A DNA stretch of 64,000 nucleotides from Hamiltosporidium tvaerminnensis FI-OER-3-3 (Eukaryota; Fungi; Microsporidia), in NCBI GenBank assembly GCA_022605425.2, contig CM061249.1, forward strand, positions 372,001-436,000, written 5' to 3'. How positions within the stretch are numbered: position 1 is the first letter of the stretch; each line of letters begins with the position of its first letter. Shown one piece after another: positions 1-11,548 of this stretch. The position numbers were made by a program, and so were the translations under genes. The notes beneath the pieces were generated by a model, which saw nothing but the letters and a program-made list of their open reading frames with translations, made no database searches and was not told the DNA's origin.

Positions 1-365
1 ACATACTTTCTGCATCCCGGAAAACATTTCTATCCTGTATATAACAGAACGCTTCTTAATCACGTGGTCTTACACTTCCTTTCTTTAACCTTCTTGAGGA
101 GTATTTACACTTATCGCTCGTTATTTCTAGCACTATATACCTTTGGATGTAGTTTTCGGTTTTTAATTTCGTTATATAGATTAGCTAGTCTGGCTTCTTC
201 GAGTTTCTTCTTTGTGACTTGCTCTTTCAACCCGTATTTTATTTTTAAAAAAGTTTTTAATTATTTAAAGGTGGGTTTTATTATTGTTCTCAATTCTTAG
301 GATCGCTGCTCTTCCAGTAGATGTATCTTTATGCTTTTCAAGACAACCCAAGAGTGCCAAATGTA
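1..365 (-). mobile_element. 5'-truncated fragment of an RLE-type non-LTR retrotransposon (runs off the window start)
   Basis: The minus strand translates to LLGCLEKHKDTSTGRAAILRIENNNKTHL*IIKNFLKIKY...LEEARLANLYNEIKNRKLHPKVYSARNNE, colinear with LLDCLEKSKEISTRRAAILKVENNNKTHLALIKSFLKVKY...LAKLYNEIEKRKLYSKLYKARKNE in the 32508-32846 ORF. It contains stops. Confidence 0.85.
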
Positions 366-1464
366 TTTAAGGTTATTAGAATTCTTCATTTAAAATATAA
401 ATTTTTAACAAAAATGTTTTTTATATATTTCTATTATTTCTTCTTCGACTTAGGCTTCTACTAATCAGATGTATTTTTAAACTCGTCCCAAAACCGAATC
501 TTACACAACACAATGTTGGTTTCTAATTTACTTCACCTATTCTATTGTTTTAAAAGGAGTTTTTTTTCTAAACGTGCTTTTTTTATAGGCCGAGTTGTTT
601 ACTAATTTGAAGCTTCAAAATTATGTTTTATTACATGTTTATAAACGGTTTAAAGCTCGTTTCCTTGAATCTAATCAATTCTCTTAAAACAAACTTTTGA
701 AGAAAACAAGAGATTGAATTTCTGTTGTTAAAAAAGTTTAATTTGTAGTAAAGAATATACCAAATGAAGATAAAATATTATAAATTAATAACATGAGGCA
801 ATTATAATGTATATTTATATAAATTCTAATATGTTTTCAATGTATAAATTTAGTTTAAGTAAGAATTTATAATTGAAGCTATTAGAATTACAAAAAGGGG
901 CAAAAGCCTTATTTGAAAAAGATGTATCAGAATCTTTTTATGAAATTTAAAAAAGCTTCTTTTTTTGCGAATTAAAAACTAAAAATATTATTAAAAGAAT
1001 ATTACAAAATCTTTTAATTTACCTTAGTAAAAAATACATTTGAGTAAAATTTAAATATTAAATAAATTTTTACTTCTTTATAATTTTTTTCTATTGAATG
1101 TTGAAAAAAATAACATATTTGACTTTTTCGGTCGATTTTAATACAATAATGAATCAAATAAAATATTAAGCAATCATTTACTTTAATAATACTGATTTCT
1201 CCAAGAAATAATATATTTATATTCTTGTTTACCAAAATACACAGTAATAAAACATTTAATTGTATTTTGAAATAATTATTGGTTTTAATCAAATATAATT
1301 TTTATTATTAACCAGAAAAATGTTTTTTTTTTATTTACTCAAAAGTAGATAAATTAAATATATTATATGCATTCAAAAAGTTAAAGACTTTTGATTGCAA
1401 AAACACCAATATAAGGAAAAATATAGCTGAAACAGAAGGTAAACAATATATTGGTAAAATAAAT

Positions 1465-3279
1465 TTATTTATCATGTAAACGCCTCAGAGTATCATCTAA
1501 TTTTTCTATGAAATTGCTTATAGAGGAGTTATAAAAACTTTTCTTCAACTTAATGTCCTCATAAATTATTCTGGAATGAATACGAGTCATGATGGTTTCA
1601 CATACAAACAAATCCTTCAAATATTCCAATTTTGTATCGGTATAAGTTTTTTTGTTAGCATATTTTGTAAAAATAGCATCGAGTTTTTTAAATAGGATTG
1701 TATCAATTACAGTATTAGATAAATTTGCTTGTATAATGCTTGACATACAAATTTCAGTGTATTTTCGAAGCAAATCTATATCTTGTAAACCCTTAAAGAA
1801 TTTTTTAAAACAAATTTCAGTATATGAAGTTTGCGAACCTGATTCGTTAGAAAGCTCGGATTCATAAAACTCTATGGCTTTTTCGACCTCTTTCTTATCA
1901 AAATTATTTAAAAAAACGCGGTTTAAAAGAATATTCAATTGAATATAATAAATTATTCTTTTAAGAGGTAATTTCCTAATACCCCCTATATCATAAAAAT
2001 ATATTAAGCTGCTTATTACAATATAAAAGTTTTTATTGCACTCAAAGTTCTTGATTCCTGAAAGTATATTAAAAAAAATCAACCTAAGTGAAATAATATA
2101 ATGATTATATTCAAAAAAAAACTGATTTTCAAGTCCAATGAAACTTTTGCTGTTTAAATAACAAACTTCTAATATTTTAAACATATAACTAACATAAAAC
2201 ACACAATCTTCTTTTAAACTTATCGAGCCTTTGTTGTATGAATACATTAAAAAAGGAATTTCACTCAAAATATGATATTTTTTTAAATCTAGAATATTTT
2301 GTTCAAAATTCTTTAACTTAAATTTAATGGAAAGAAGTAAATTTTTTTCTTCTAACCGCAAATTTTTCATAAATTTTTTTTCGTGGCAAATTATGGATTT
2401 TGCAAATTTTAATTCGCAAGCCAAATCTTCATTTCGTTTAAATCTCTTCATTTCGAGTGCTTGAATTTTTCTTTTAAAAACTATTCTGAAACTATATTCA
2501 TATCGAATTTCTGACATATCTAAGAGATTATTTTCATCTTCAATTTTTGAAATATCTTTTTTTACTTCAGAGTGCAAATCTTTGATATATTTAATTGCTC
2601 TTTTTTGATCAAAATCACTTATTGTTTGCCCTGTGGTGCGCCGTTGTGAAATTTTTTTGTATTTTTTTTGCTGTAAAATTCGTTTCAATTTTAACTCGTA
2701 ATTATTTGACTGAGCCCATGGCACCCGTGACTCATGAGGTTTTTGGATTGGCAAATGTATTTCTTCGTCTGTTAGTTTTGTTGTTTCATTTAGACTCTCT
2801 CTATTTAATGTAGGAAAACTTAATGATAAATCGGTGTCGGTCTCGTTTTTATCCGTTAATTGTATGCTATTGGTCGTTTCTGCAGATTCTAACGAATTAA
2901 ATTCCTTACTTCGTTCTATCGGTCGAACCACCGAATGGTTGTTACACCTAAAATCAGATACCACATTATCAGCGGTTTGCAATTCGATTTCTCGATCTAC
3001 TAATTCATCTATGTCAATGCAAGAACCAGACTCGGATTCCATTTCATGATTTTGAGTACTTAAATTCTCACATTGTTCAGGTATAGAATCACAGAAATCT
3101 TTATCATAATAATCAAATGTTTGAGTTGCCATTTCTGGAAAAGAGCAATCCAAATATAACGATAGTATATCTGGGTTTAATTGGCATAAATCATTATATT
3201 GCCTTGTGGAATTGCCTTGTATATGTTCTAGGCGACTATTAAGACATTCCTTCAAGATCAAAAGAAAAACATTTACCAT
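1465..3279 (-). CDS. hypothetical protein, 604 aa, short hydrophobic N-terminus (possibly secreted), acidic low-complexity N-half
   Basis: Long uninterrupted ORF in very AT-rich DNA; CC-type motif (GCCTAAG) just before the ATG; no recognisable domain. Confidence 0.8.
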   Translation of the reverse strand: MVNVFLLILKECLNSRLEHIQGNSTRQYNDLCQLNPDILSLYLDCSFPEMATQTFDYYDKDFCDSIPEQCENLSTQNHEMESESGSCIDIDELVDREIELQTADNVVSDFRCNNHSVVRPIERSKEFNSLESAETTNSIQLTDKNETDTDLSLSFPTLNRESLNETTKLTDEEIHLPIQKPHESRVPWAQSNNYELKLKRILQQKKYKKISQRRTTGQTISDFDQKRAIKYIKDLHSEVKKDISKIEDENNLLDMSEIRYEYSFRIVFKRKIQALEMKRFKRNEDLACELKFAKSIICHEKKFMKNLRLEEKNLLLSIKFKLKNFEQNILDLKKYHILSEIPFLMYSYNKGSISLKEDCVFYVSYMFKILEVCYLNSKSFIGLENQFFFEYNHYIISLRLIFFNILSGIKNFECNKNFYIVISSLIYFYDIGGIRKLPLKRIIYYIQLNILLNRVFLNNFDKKEVEKAIEFYESELSNESGSQTSYTEICFKKFFKGLQDIDLLRKYTEICMSSIIQANLSNTVIDTILFKKLDAIFTKYANKKTYTDTKLEYLKDLFVCETIMTRIHSRIIYEDIKLKKSFYNSSISNFIEKLDDTLRRLHDK

Positions 3280-3368
3280 CTTAGGCTTCTAAATAATATT
3301 TTTTTAAAAAATTTTTAGAAAAATTAAAAAAAATGATATTTAAATATTTTAATATTTCAATATGAATC

Positions 3369-4077
3369 GAGTGAAAACAACCAGATAGAAAACTATTTTC
3401 TTGTCAATAATTATTTAAAATTCAGGGGAAATCATCTTTTAATTTTTTTGCGCGAATCCACACCACATTCTAGGTCGTTCTATATGAAACTTAATAAGAT
3501 AAATACATTCAATAAAACGGTTAATCGCTTGTTCCAATAATTTTTTTAGTGTTTTTATGAAATTTTTTTGAAATAACGCTGGATTGTCAGTATTTAATAT
3601 GTAAATGTATGGAAACATTGCCTTGCTCAATCGCGTTAGAAGACATGACTTTTAGGAGATAGAAAAAAAAACATACCTCTTATTAAGCCACGAATGCCAA
3701 CTAGTAGGTTATAAATTAAATTAGGATATATTAACATATAATTATGCTCTATTAGAGTCTCCGAGATATATCTTAGCTAAAATTTCAAGAATTTCAAAAG
3801 GTGTAATATGACAAATCTTCCATGTCTTGGGAGCCCAAAGTAGATTTGATCTGCGATCACACTCCTAGCAAAAATTTAACAACTTTCAGGCAACCCCTCG
3901 GATATCAAATGGCTTTTTACACTTTTAAGATTAAAACTTCTGCATGTAACTATTCAAAGGATATCAATAGTGTGTTAGAGGAGGAGTTGTTTACGTAAAA
4001 CCAAAAACAGAGTTAATGGCATTAAAACATTATCAAATACACACTAATTACAAAAATAATGATATATATTCTTTAAA
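3369..4077 (+). repeat. long structured dispersed repeat, degenerate copy
   Basis: Colinear blocks shared with 61382-62109, e.g. ATGGAAACATTGCCTTGCTCAATCGCGTTAGAAGAC, GATATATCTTAGCTA, CGATCACACTCC, GTTAATGGCATTAAAAC. Confidence 0.85.
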
Positions 4078-6080
4078 TTGCTTAACTTTCGCTCGTATCT
4101 GCAATCTAAAAAGAAAGAAAATAGAGAACATAGGAAAATTTAAAAAGATATTGAAATTTTTTATTTTAATCTAATTTGATCTGATTCATCTCAAGTGCTT
4201 TTGGATATAGAATATTTTTGGTTTTTGTCTAGTGTGTAAGTATTTTCGGTAGAGGAAGATAATCACATTAAAAATTATCCGCTTGAAAATGTGTGTATAG
4301 CATTGTTCGAACATTTCCTTAAAATTTCACTGAGCTATAGCCACTCTGGACCTATAGGCCCATGTCGTATAATCCTGGCTATATCATATTAAAAGAAGGC
4401 AGAAATAAGCAAATAAATAATTAGTAAATACACATTCGAAGATTTTCTCGTTTGTGAAGTAGCCACATAGAGTTGCCTATATCAGAAGCTGAAATTCGTC
4501 AAATTTATTCGTATATTTGCTGCGATTGTTCTTGTTATCTGTTTATGTTCATTAAAACCGAGTTAGATAGGAAAATGTAAACGTTAAAATTCAAATAGAA
4601 TATATGTTGGAACTAGATAATTTTTGGTAACAATTCATTCCCCTCATCGAATTTACATTTTTAAATTGCTCCTTCGATGATATCAGTTATAAGTTAATTT
4701 CCCAAAAGTTCTTACCGTAACCAAGTTATGGTAGATTAGTGTTACAGAAAGAATGATAAACATCAAATTTTCAAGCTTCAAATGTACATTGGAATCCTGA
4801 AGATTCTGATTAATTTTGAATTTTGTCGAATAATTGAAAACCATTCTTGATTGATCACGGTATCGAAGAAATTATATGTTTTTGCTTCCTTATATGTCAT
4901 TTTAAATTTATAAGTCTCACACCATTATTGGTAGTTGCTAATATAGACTTGCATCGAGCCACTGCTGATTCTACTGATATTCAATGTATCTGAAAACGTT
5001 TTTAATCAATCCATCGTTAGTTTTTGTCAGCATATACAGGTTTTCTGGTAATTTGATAAATTTATAAATCTGTCGAATTATATTTGCTAATTTTCTAGAT
5101 CTGGTAATTATTTTGCAAGGATTTGAATGCTGCATAATTTCGTAGTTTAATACTTATGTGGTTTTTGATGTCATTTTGGTTATATTTAGCTATAAACTGA
5201 TTAATTGAGACATGCATTTAGTTCATCAGCCGTTTTGAAATGAAATTCTTGGCAGAGTTTGATGAAAATCCATAGAGAATGATTTAAGGGCTCCTTTAAA
5301 GGTTGTCGGTTTTCTTCCATAGCTTGCATTATACGAATAAGCGCTTACATCATCTTTTTGTCTGTCTTTTGCATGTATCATATTTATAAGTTTATGTTTG
5401 AAAATATTTTTCTATTCCGAAATTTTTAGCGATATTGTATTTTAGCATCTCACCGGTTTGCAAATCCTATACCAATTTTAGAGTGTAGTGTGTTGCATGG
5501 CTACCATAAAAAAGTGTTTATTCTATTCCAGAAAAAAAAGATGGATTGAAGACAAAAAATACGTAACACCTCTTCAATGATACTATTATTTTACTAATTT
5601 CAGGTTAAGCTATTTTATTTCTAATAAAAATCTCTTTTATTTTTAGATTCCATTAACACCCTACAATTTAATCACTTAATATTAACAATCCGTTGGTCTA
5701 GGATATTTATTTAATGTGTCATCCTTCAATCCACTAATCTATATATCAACCTTTTTAAATAACTATACTCGTTCAAACACCCTTTGTTAAAAGTAACTCT
5801 ATAAAACTCTTTAGTTTACATACTTTCAAATAGACATTAAATCCCTTTATATTTAAATAGCACGCTTTTTTTCAGTCGTAAAGCTACACACATGCATTTT
5901 CATATGTATAAAGATAGATAGAGATATTAAAAACAAATATTAAAAAAAAGATTTAAACTTAGTGTTTTCTTTTTAATTTAACTCATAAATTTAATGAAAA
6001 TATTTAATAAGAAACCAATTGATAATCAATGGATTTCGTTTTAAAATAAAATTTAACAGCAAGTAAAACAATTTGTAGGT

Positions 6081-7298
6081 TTATTTTTCGCCGTAGATGT
6101 TTGTCCATTCAATAAACTTAATTATTTCATCTTTTTTGATTGAACTTTTAGAATTTTTAATAGCTTCTTGAAAATGTGTAAGAAGCAGTGGAGGTTCTAA
6201 GATTGTTCCGGGTATTTCTTCAAAAGAACAAATTAAAGGGTCTGAATCCCCATGTTTCCAAGGTCTATAAATATTATTTTCTCTAATAAACTTTTTACAT
6301 TTTTTGAGTTCATCAAGAGTGAGACACAGCATATTTTCACAAAGATTCTTAATATCTGATCCGGAAAAACAATTAGTATTCTCTGCCATGAAAGTATAAT
6401 CTTGCTCGGCCAACTTGTTTGAATTTTTTGAAAGATAAAATTTTAGTATTTTAATTCTATCTTCAACTTCGGGAAGTCCAATATATATTTTTTTATGAAA
6501 TCTTCTTATAAATGCGTGATCTAAAGACCATGGAAAATTGGTGGCACCGACGAAAAAAATATTTTTTTTTGTATCGAGTTCATTAAGTCTAATAAGAAGC
6601 TCGGATTTAATACGATTATTACACTCATTCGTGTTATTTATTCTTTCTTGACATATAAAATCTATTTCATCGATAAAAATAACACACGGCATATTATTTT
6701 CTGCGGTTTCAAAAATATTTCTAATTTGCTTCTCACTATCTCCAACATATTTTGAAAAAATATCAGAAGCAGAAAATTGTATTATTTTTAAATTTGAAAG
6801 AATAGATCCGAGTAAATTTACAATGCAAGTCTTTCCAGTACCAGGTGGCCCATAAAGTAAAATACATCTCGGCGGTTTTCTATTGCCTATAAACAACTCA
6901 GGATGTAATATAGGGAGTTTGATTGAATCAAAAAACATTGTTTTTACTTTTTCCAGTCCGATCACATCCTCTAAGGTGCCATTTTTTCCACAATTAATTT
7001 CTACCTTTTTATGTATTTTTCTCTCGTCACAAATAAATTTTCCATTTTCCTTTTCCAATATATTTTTAACTTCTTCAATAATTGTTTTACCCAAAAATGG
7101 ATTTTTTATATTTTTAAACATTTCACAATATTCTACTAACCTACACGCTATTTTTTTATAAAGCAAATAATTTTCCTCTTCTTTATTCTGTAATAGAAAG
7201 TCTATAAATTCATTACAAATTCTTATAACTTTTTGTTTTCGTAATAATGTATCTTTTTCCATATTTATTTTTAAAACTTCTTCAAAAATATTTTTCAT
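6081..7298 (-). CDS. VPS4: Vps4-like meiotic-clade AAA+ ATPase
   Basis: Walker A GPPGTGKT, Walker B IFIDEID, SRH ATNFPWSLDHAFIRRF, a Vps4-type beta-domain/C-terminal helix (PWKHGD...LEPPL...FIEWTNIYGE) and a helical MIT-like N-terminus. Confidence 0.8.
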   Translation of the reverse strand: MKNIFEEVLKINMEKDTLLRKQKVIRICNEFIDFLLQNKEEENYLLYKKIACRLVEYCEMFKNIKNPFLGKTIIEEVKNILEKENGKFICDERKIHKKVEINCGKNGTLEDVIGLEKVKTMFFDSIKLPILHPELFIGNRKPPRCILLYGPPGTGKTCIVNLLGSILSNLKIIQFSASDIFSKYVGDSEKQIRNIFETAENNMPCVIFIDEIDFICQERINNTNECNNRIKSELLIRLNELDTKKNIFFVGATNFPWSLDHAFIRRFHKKIYIGLPEVEDRIKILKFYLSKNSNKLAEQDYTFMAENTNCFSGSDIKNLCENMLCLTLDELKKCKKFIRENNIYRPWKHGDSDPLICSFEEIPGTILEPPLLLTHFQEAIKNSKSSIKKDEIIKFIEWTNIYGEK

Positions 7299-8026
7299 TT
7301 AAATTTTCGCTAGGATCACTTTTTTTCAAAAAATATAAAAAAAAATCTAAAAATTATATACTTTCAAAAATTAAGATATTATCTTTATATATTTAAACCC
7401 TCACACTGATATAATACAATATTTGCTTTACTATTTTTAGAATTCAATTTATTCAATAATTGCCATAAAATATTTCATACAACATACATATTTTTATTTA
7501 TATGTACTTGTTTATTGCTTCTTTTTGTTATTTATTTGGTTCAATTTTTAATTGTTTATCTATTTTATAGATAATAATTTACATTTTATTGATCAATATT
7601 TTATAAAAATGTAATTCTTCTTTGCAAACTATTTTATCTGAAAAAAAAAGTAAATTATCTATCTTTAGAAAATATTTTATTTTATTAAAAAATATATAAA
7701 TTGATTAGGGAAGACCATTTAAAATACCGAGTAATGTTCGTAAGATTGTATTTAAAGTGTATAATAGTGTAAGAAACCGATTTGACATGTTAAAAAAAGA
7801 CCGCAAACATTATAGATTTCATAATATTTAAAAAGTCGTAATTAAGATAATAAATTGTAAAATAGTATAAAATAAAAGTAAAAAGTATTTTTTAACAAGT
7901 TATTAGATTCAAACTTTCATATTTTTACCATTGTATCTTGTAATTGAAATATATAAATCTGTATCAAATAGAAAAGTAATTTTAATTTATAAATTTCTAG
8001 AACCACAAATGCTTGTATTTTCAAAT

Positions 8027-10585
8027 CTACACCAAACCATTGTAAGACTCCAACGATTCAGTCACGACTTGTTCAAGAGAATCTTTGATTAAAAAAGAAT
8101 TCCATTTCCTTTGTTTTGCCATCATATAGTTAATATAATCATCATCATAAAAATATATGAGATTTGGTGGCACTCCTAATAATTTTTCCATAAAAATATA
8201 TGATTGTACCCCAGGTTTTATATATTTTGTATCTTCTATATCTCCTCGATGTACAATTATATCAAAACAATCTAAAATATTTAGTAATGTGAGAATATAT
8301 GAAGCATGGTGTTTTCTAGAATTTGTGAAACATATTTTTTTACCTGGTAAATTTGTCAGAAATATTTTTAATCTTTCTTTATAAATAATATGTTGAGTTA
8401 TTTTTAGAAAAGGTAATTGTTTTTGATCTATAAAATGTTCGTTTTTCATTTTTAATTCTTCAAATGACTCCTCGGTTGTAATAATACTACTTGCTGAAGT
8501 TCCATTGAATGATAGGTTATTTTCCATCTTTAAATTATCTAATGATACATTTTTATCAATAATACTACATATAGATGCTTTATTAACAGAATCGTTTTTC
8601 CTCATAATCAAAGATTCTGGATCATTTATACTTCCTGTATATTTATCGTTTGAACTGTTGCTTTCTAAAAAGTACTTTCTCAAGGAATCACCTATACTGT
8701 ATATATCAGTATTATTTAAAGATACTCCATTTTTTTCTATTTCATCTGTTGGGAATAATGTATTGTCTAAATCGAAAATAAGTACAATTTGATTATAATT
8801 TATAGAAAGTATAATTAACGAATTTAAAGGAATGAAACCTGTGGCTTTTTCTGATCCAATTAAAAATTCATCCATTTTGAGAATTTGTTCAAAATAAGAA
8901 TAAATATTCTCACAGTTTGTACTTTTAAAATTTTTAAGTTCTAAAGATTTTATATTATCTATCGAATTCCGTATGACCTCAGTGTAAGTTTTATAAAATA
9001 AAAAGTAAATAGATTTAAATATTATTTTTTTCATATCTTCAGTTAAACTTTCTCGTAATAAAATATTATAAAGTTTGTATAATTTTGATTCAAAATATAT
9101 TTTTAAAAATGAAAATCTTTTAATTTTTTGTTCGTTCGAATCAAATATTTTACCAAAATATTTTTTTAAATCCAGTTGAATTGATTGAAAAATGTCTAAA
9201 GGAATTCGATTTTTTGTAGATTTAGTATTTTTAAACCCATTTATTGCTTTGTTTCGATTTGTTGATTTATTTTCAAATAATTCTTTTTCATTCAACGGAA
9301 TGCCACCTTTATCTTTGCAAAAAATTCCACTAGTGTTTCTATCAAGCAATTCTTTTTCATATAACGGAAAATTACCTTCGTTTTTTAGACAAATTTTATC
9401 GGTGTTTCGATTTGATAATTCATTTTCTAATGTTTCATGTGTACTTTCTTTTCGTTTTGTTTTTTTAGATATACTTGAAAAAGTATTGCATGCCGTTGAG
9501 ACTTGCTTTCTTTTTTTATTCAACTTACAAGTACAATAATTAAAATGAAAATCTTTTGTACATTTGATTTCACATATTTCAGACTCTTTTTGATCGGTTT
9601 TACTCCCAATATACGCATGAGACTTTAATTGATCTAAAATATATTGAATATGCCCGGTATATAATTCAATTAATTTTCTAAGGTTGGTTATTTCCATTTC
9701 TCTTAAACTATCGTTTAATTTCATATGAAATGTATTTCTGTGATTTTTAGACAAACTATTATCTGCTAAAACATCTTTTTCTTGTGATTCTGCTTCATTT
9801 AAGTTTGTATCTTGAAATTTCTCATCCTGTAATTTCTCTTCGTATGATTTTTCTTCTTGTAAGTTTCTATCATTCTTTTTTTCTTCTAGTAAAATTCCAT
9901 CGTATAACCCTTTATCTAATAAATTCGGTAATATACTTGTTTTGATCTGATTATTTTCTTTTTGTGGCAGATTATTATTCATTTTCATGGTAATATCTAT
10001 AAATTCTGAAATATAATCATTTTCGGATACAATAATAGATTTATTGCACGACAGAATACTTTCTACACTATAAAACCCACTATTTCTAACATAAACCTTC
10101 ATTCTTTCAAGAAAAAATTTATGTTCATTAAATTTCATTTCCATTCCATCAAATACACTTAAAAAACAACAATAAATTTCATAAAAAATACGATACTTAA
10201 AAATATCAACCCATTCATTATAATAATTTGGATTTAAAAAAGTAAAGTATTTGATTATTTCGTTTTCAAAAATAAAAAACATTTTTTCTTCTCTCGTCTC
10301 CCCCTTTTCTTCACATATTATATTGTCAATATAATCTTTAAAAATAGTTTTTTCCTTTTTCATTACCTCTCTTTCTTCCAATATTGTATTATCAATATAA
10401 CTATTAAAAACTGTTTTTCTCTTTTGTATTATATTTTCTAAATATAGAGTAGAAATAAAAAGAATAAACGGATTTTTGTTCATTTCTTCCACCAATTCTT
10501 CAACATTTTTATGATTTTCTTTACTTTGACAAGTGTACATTATAAATAATGTAACTATAAACATCAATGTTTTCTCATACTGCAT
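8027..10585 (-). CDS. signal-peptide protein with C-terminal HAD hydrolase (Sdt1/Phm8 pyrimidine 5'-nucleotidase-like)
   Basis: HAD motif I IFDLDNTLF, motif II CFTNS, motif III KP and motif IV YFYDD; N-terminal MQYEKTLMFIVTLFIMYTCQS; CCC motif upstream of the ATG. Confidence 0.8.
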   Translation of the reverse strand: MQYEKTLMFIVTLFIMYTCQSKENHKNVEELVEEMNKNPFILFISTLYLENIIQKRKTVFNSYIDNTILEEREVMKKEKTIFKDYIDNIICEEKGETREEKMFFIFENEIIKYFTFLNPNYYNEWVDIFKYRIFYEIYCCFLSVFDGMEMKFNEHKFFLERMKVYVRNSGFYSVESILSCNKSIIVSENDYISEFIDITMKMNNNLPQKENNQIKTSILPNLLDKGLYDGILLEEKKNDRNLQEEKSYEEKLQDEKFQDTNLNEAESQEKDVLADNSLSKNHRNTFHMKLNDSLREMEITNLRKLIELYTGHIQYILDQLKSHAYIGSKTDQKESEICEIKCTKDFHFNYCTCKLNKKRKQVSTACNTFSSISKKTKRKESTHETLENELSNRNTDKICLKNEGNFPLYEKELLDRNTSGIFCKDKGGIPLNEKELFENKSTNRNKAINGFKNTKSTKNRIPLDIFQSIQLDLKKYFGKIFDSNEQKIKRFSFLKIYFESKLYKLYNILLRESLTEDMKKIIFKSIYFLFYKTYTEVIRNSIDNIKSLELKNFKSTNCENIYSYFEQILKMDEFLIGSEKATGFIPLNSLIILSINYNQIVLIFDLDNTLFPTDEIEKNGVSLNNTDIYSIGDSLRKYFLESNSSNDKYTGSINDPESLIMRKNDSVNKASICSIIDKNVSLDNLKMENNLSFNGTSASSIITTEESFEELKMKNEHFIDQKQLPFLKITQHIIYKERLKIFLTNLPGKKICFTNSRKHHASYILTLLNILDCFDIIVHRGDIEDTKYIKPGVQSYIFMEKLLGVPPNLIYFYDDDYINYMMAKQRKWNSFLIKDSLEQVVTESLESYNGLV

Positions 10586-10839
10586 TTATTTCTAAAATGG
10601 GATTAAATATATATTTTATAAACAAATAAATTTTCAGAAAAATTAAATAAATTAATAATATAACAAATTCTTATATAATAATATTTCTGATATATTTTAT
10701 ATCTTTACTATTTGAACGCACTATGAACGACTATTTAAATTTTTATTAATGCATTAATATCTAATAACCAGAATATAAATAGAACAAAAGTCGAATAATA
10801 AAACATTAAAATAGATACTAATATCGGTATCTGGAGAGA

Positions 10840-11548
10840 TTTCATTTCAAATTATTATATTTTTTTCAAAACAGTGGTAAGTGGTATATTTCTTTTAATG
10901 ACATTAACACAGTTCTAGGTTTAACATAAATAACTACTACCCCAACACTCCACGGGTACCCCGTGCGATACCTAAGTTCCAAAGCATTTCATCTACCAGT
11001 TTGTAGAACCCAATTATTATGCGAGGCAGTTGCCCAGAGTCCGTTAATGTCCGTTGCATGGAGTGTGATCGAAAACCTAAGCCCCCCCCCCGAGACTACG
11101 CAGCATTCCTACTTACTCTGCACTTTCTGAACCCAATAAATTTCTGGCTAAGATATATTTCAGAGACTTACATGGTTCCACCTAGACAGGGCAATGTCAT
11201 ACCAACAGGTATAACCTGCTCTTAGTTTACCGGCTTTAAACTGTGATTTTTATATCACCAGGCGCCAAGTCTTCTACCCGAATGAGCAGAGCTAGGTTTC
11301 CATGCTTTTACATGGAAATTTCCTACATGTTCATCTGCGATCTGCAATCTAGACACATAAAAAATTACAAATAAATTTATAGAAAAAAAATCGCCGTTTC
11401 TTAACTCTCTCCTCCTCATACAAGGTTCTATGGAACAACCGAAGATGCAGTGTGGTTTTATTGCACCAAAAATTCAAACAATGATCTCAAACCAGTTCCA
11501 CACATTCATTGCCAAGCAGAAGGTTTTTTTGTGGTTATCCTCTCTTCA
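10840..11548 (-). repeat. long structured dispersed repeat, well-preserved copy
   Basis: The reverse complement begins TGAAGAGAGGATAACCAC...CTGCTTGGCAATG and is colinear end to end with 61382-62109. Confidence 0.95.

Noticed and set aside
4300-5500. Slightly GC-richer tracts at 4300-5500, 20250-20850 and 21600-21900 that look like decayed coding or TE sequence
   Set aside because: No convincing motif order was recovered, so they are left unassigned.
10832-11548. Long repeat as a solo LTR (TGGAGAGA...TCTCTTCA, TG..CA-like ends)
   Set aside because: The inverted ends appear only in this copy, there is no 4-6 bp TSD, and no PBS/PPT or linked internal domain is seen. Not fully excluded without genome-wide data.
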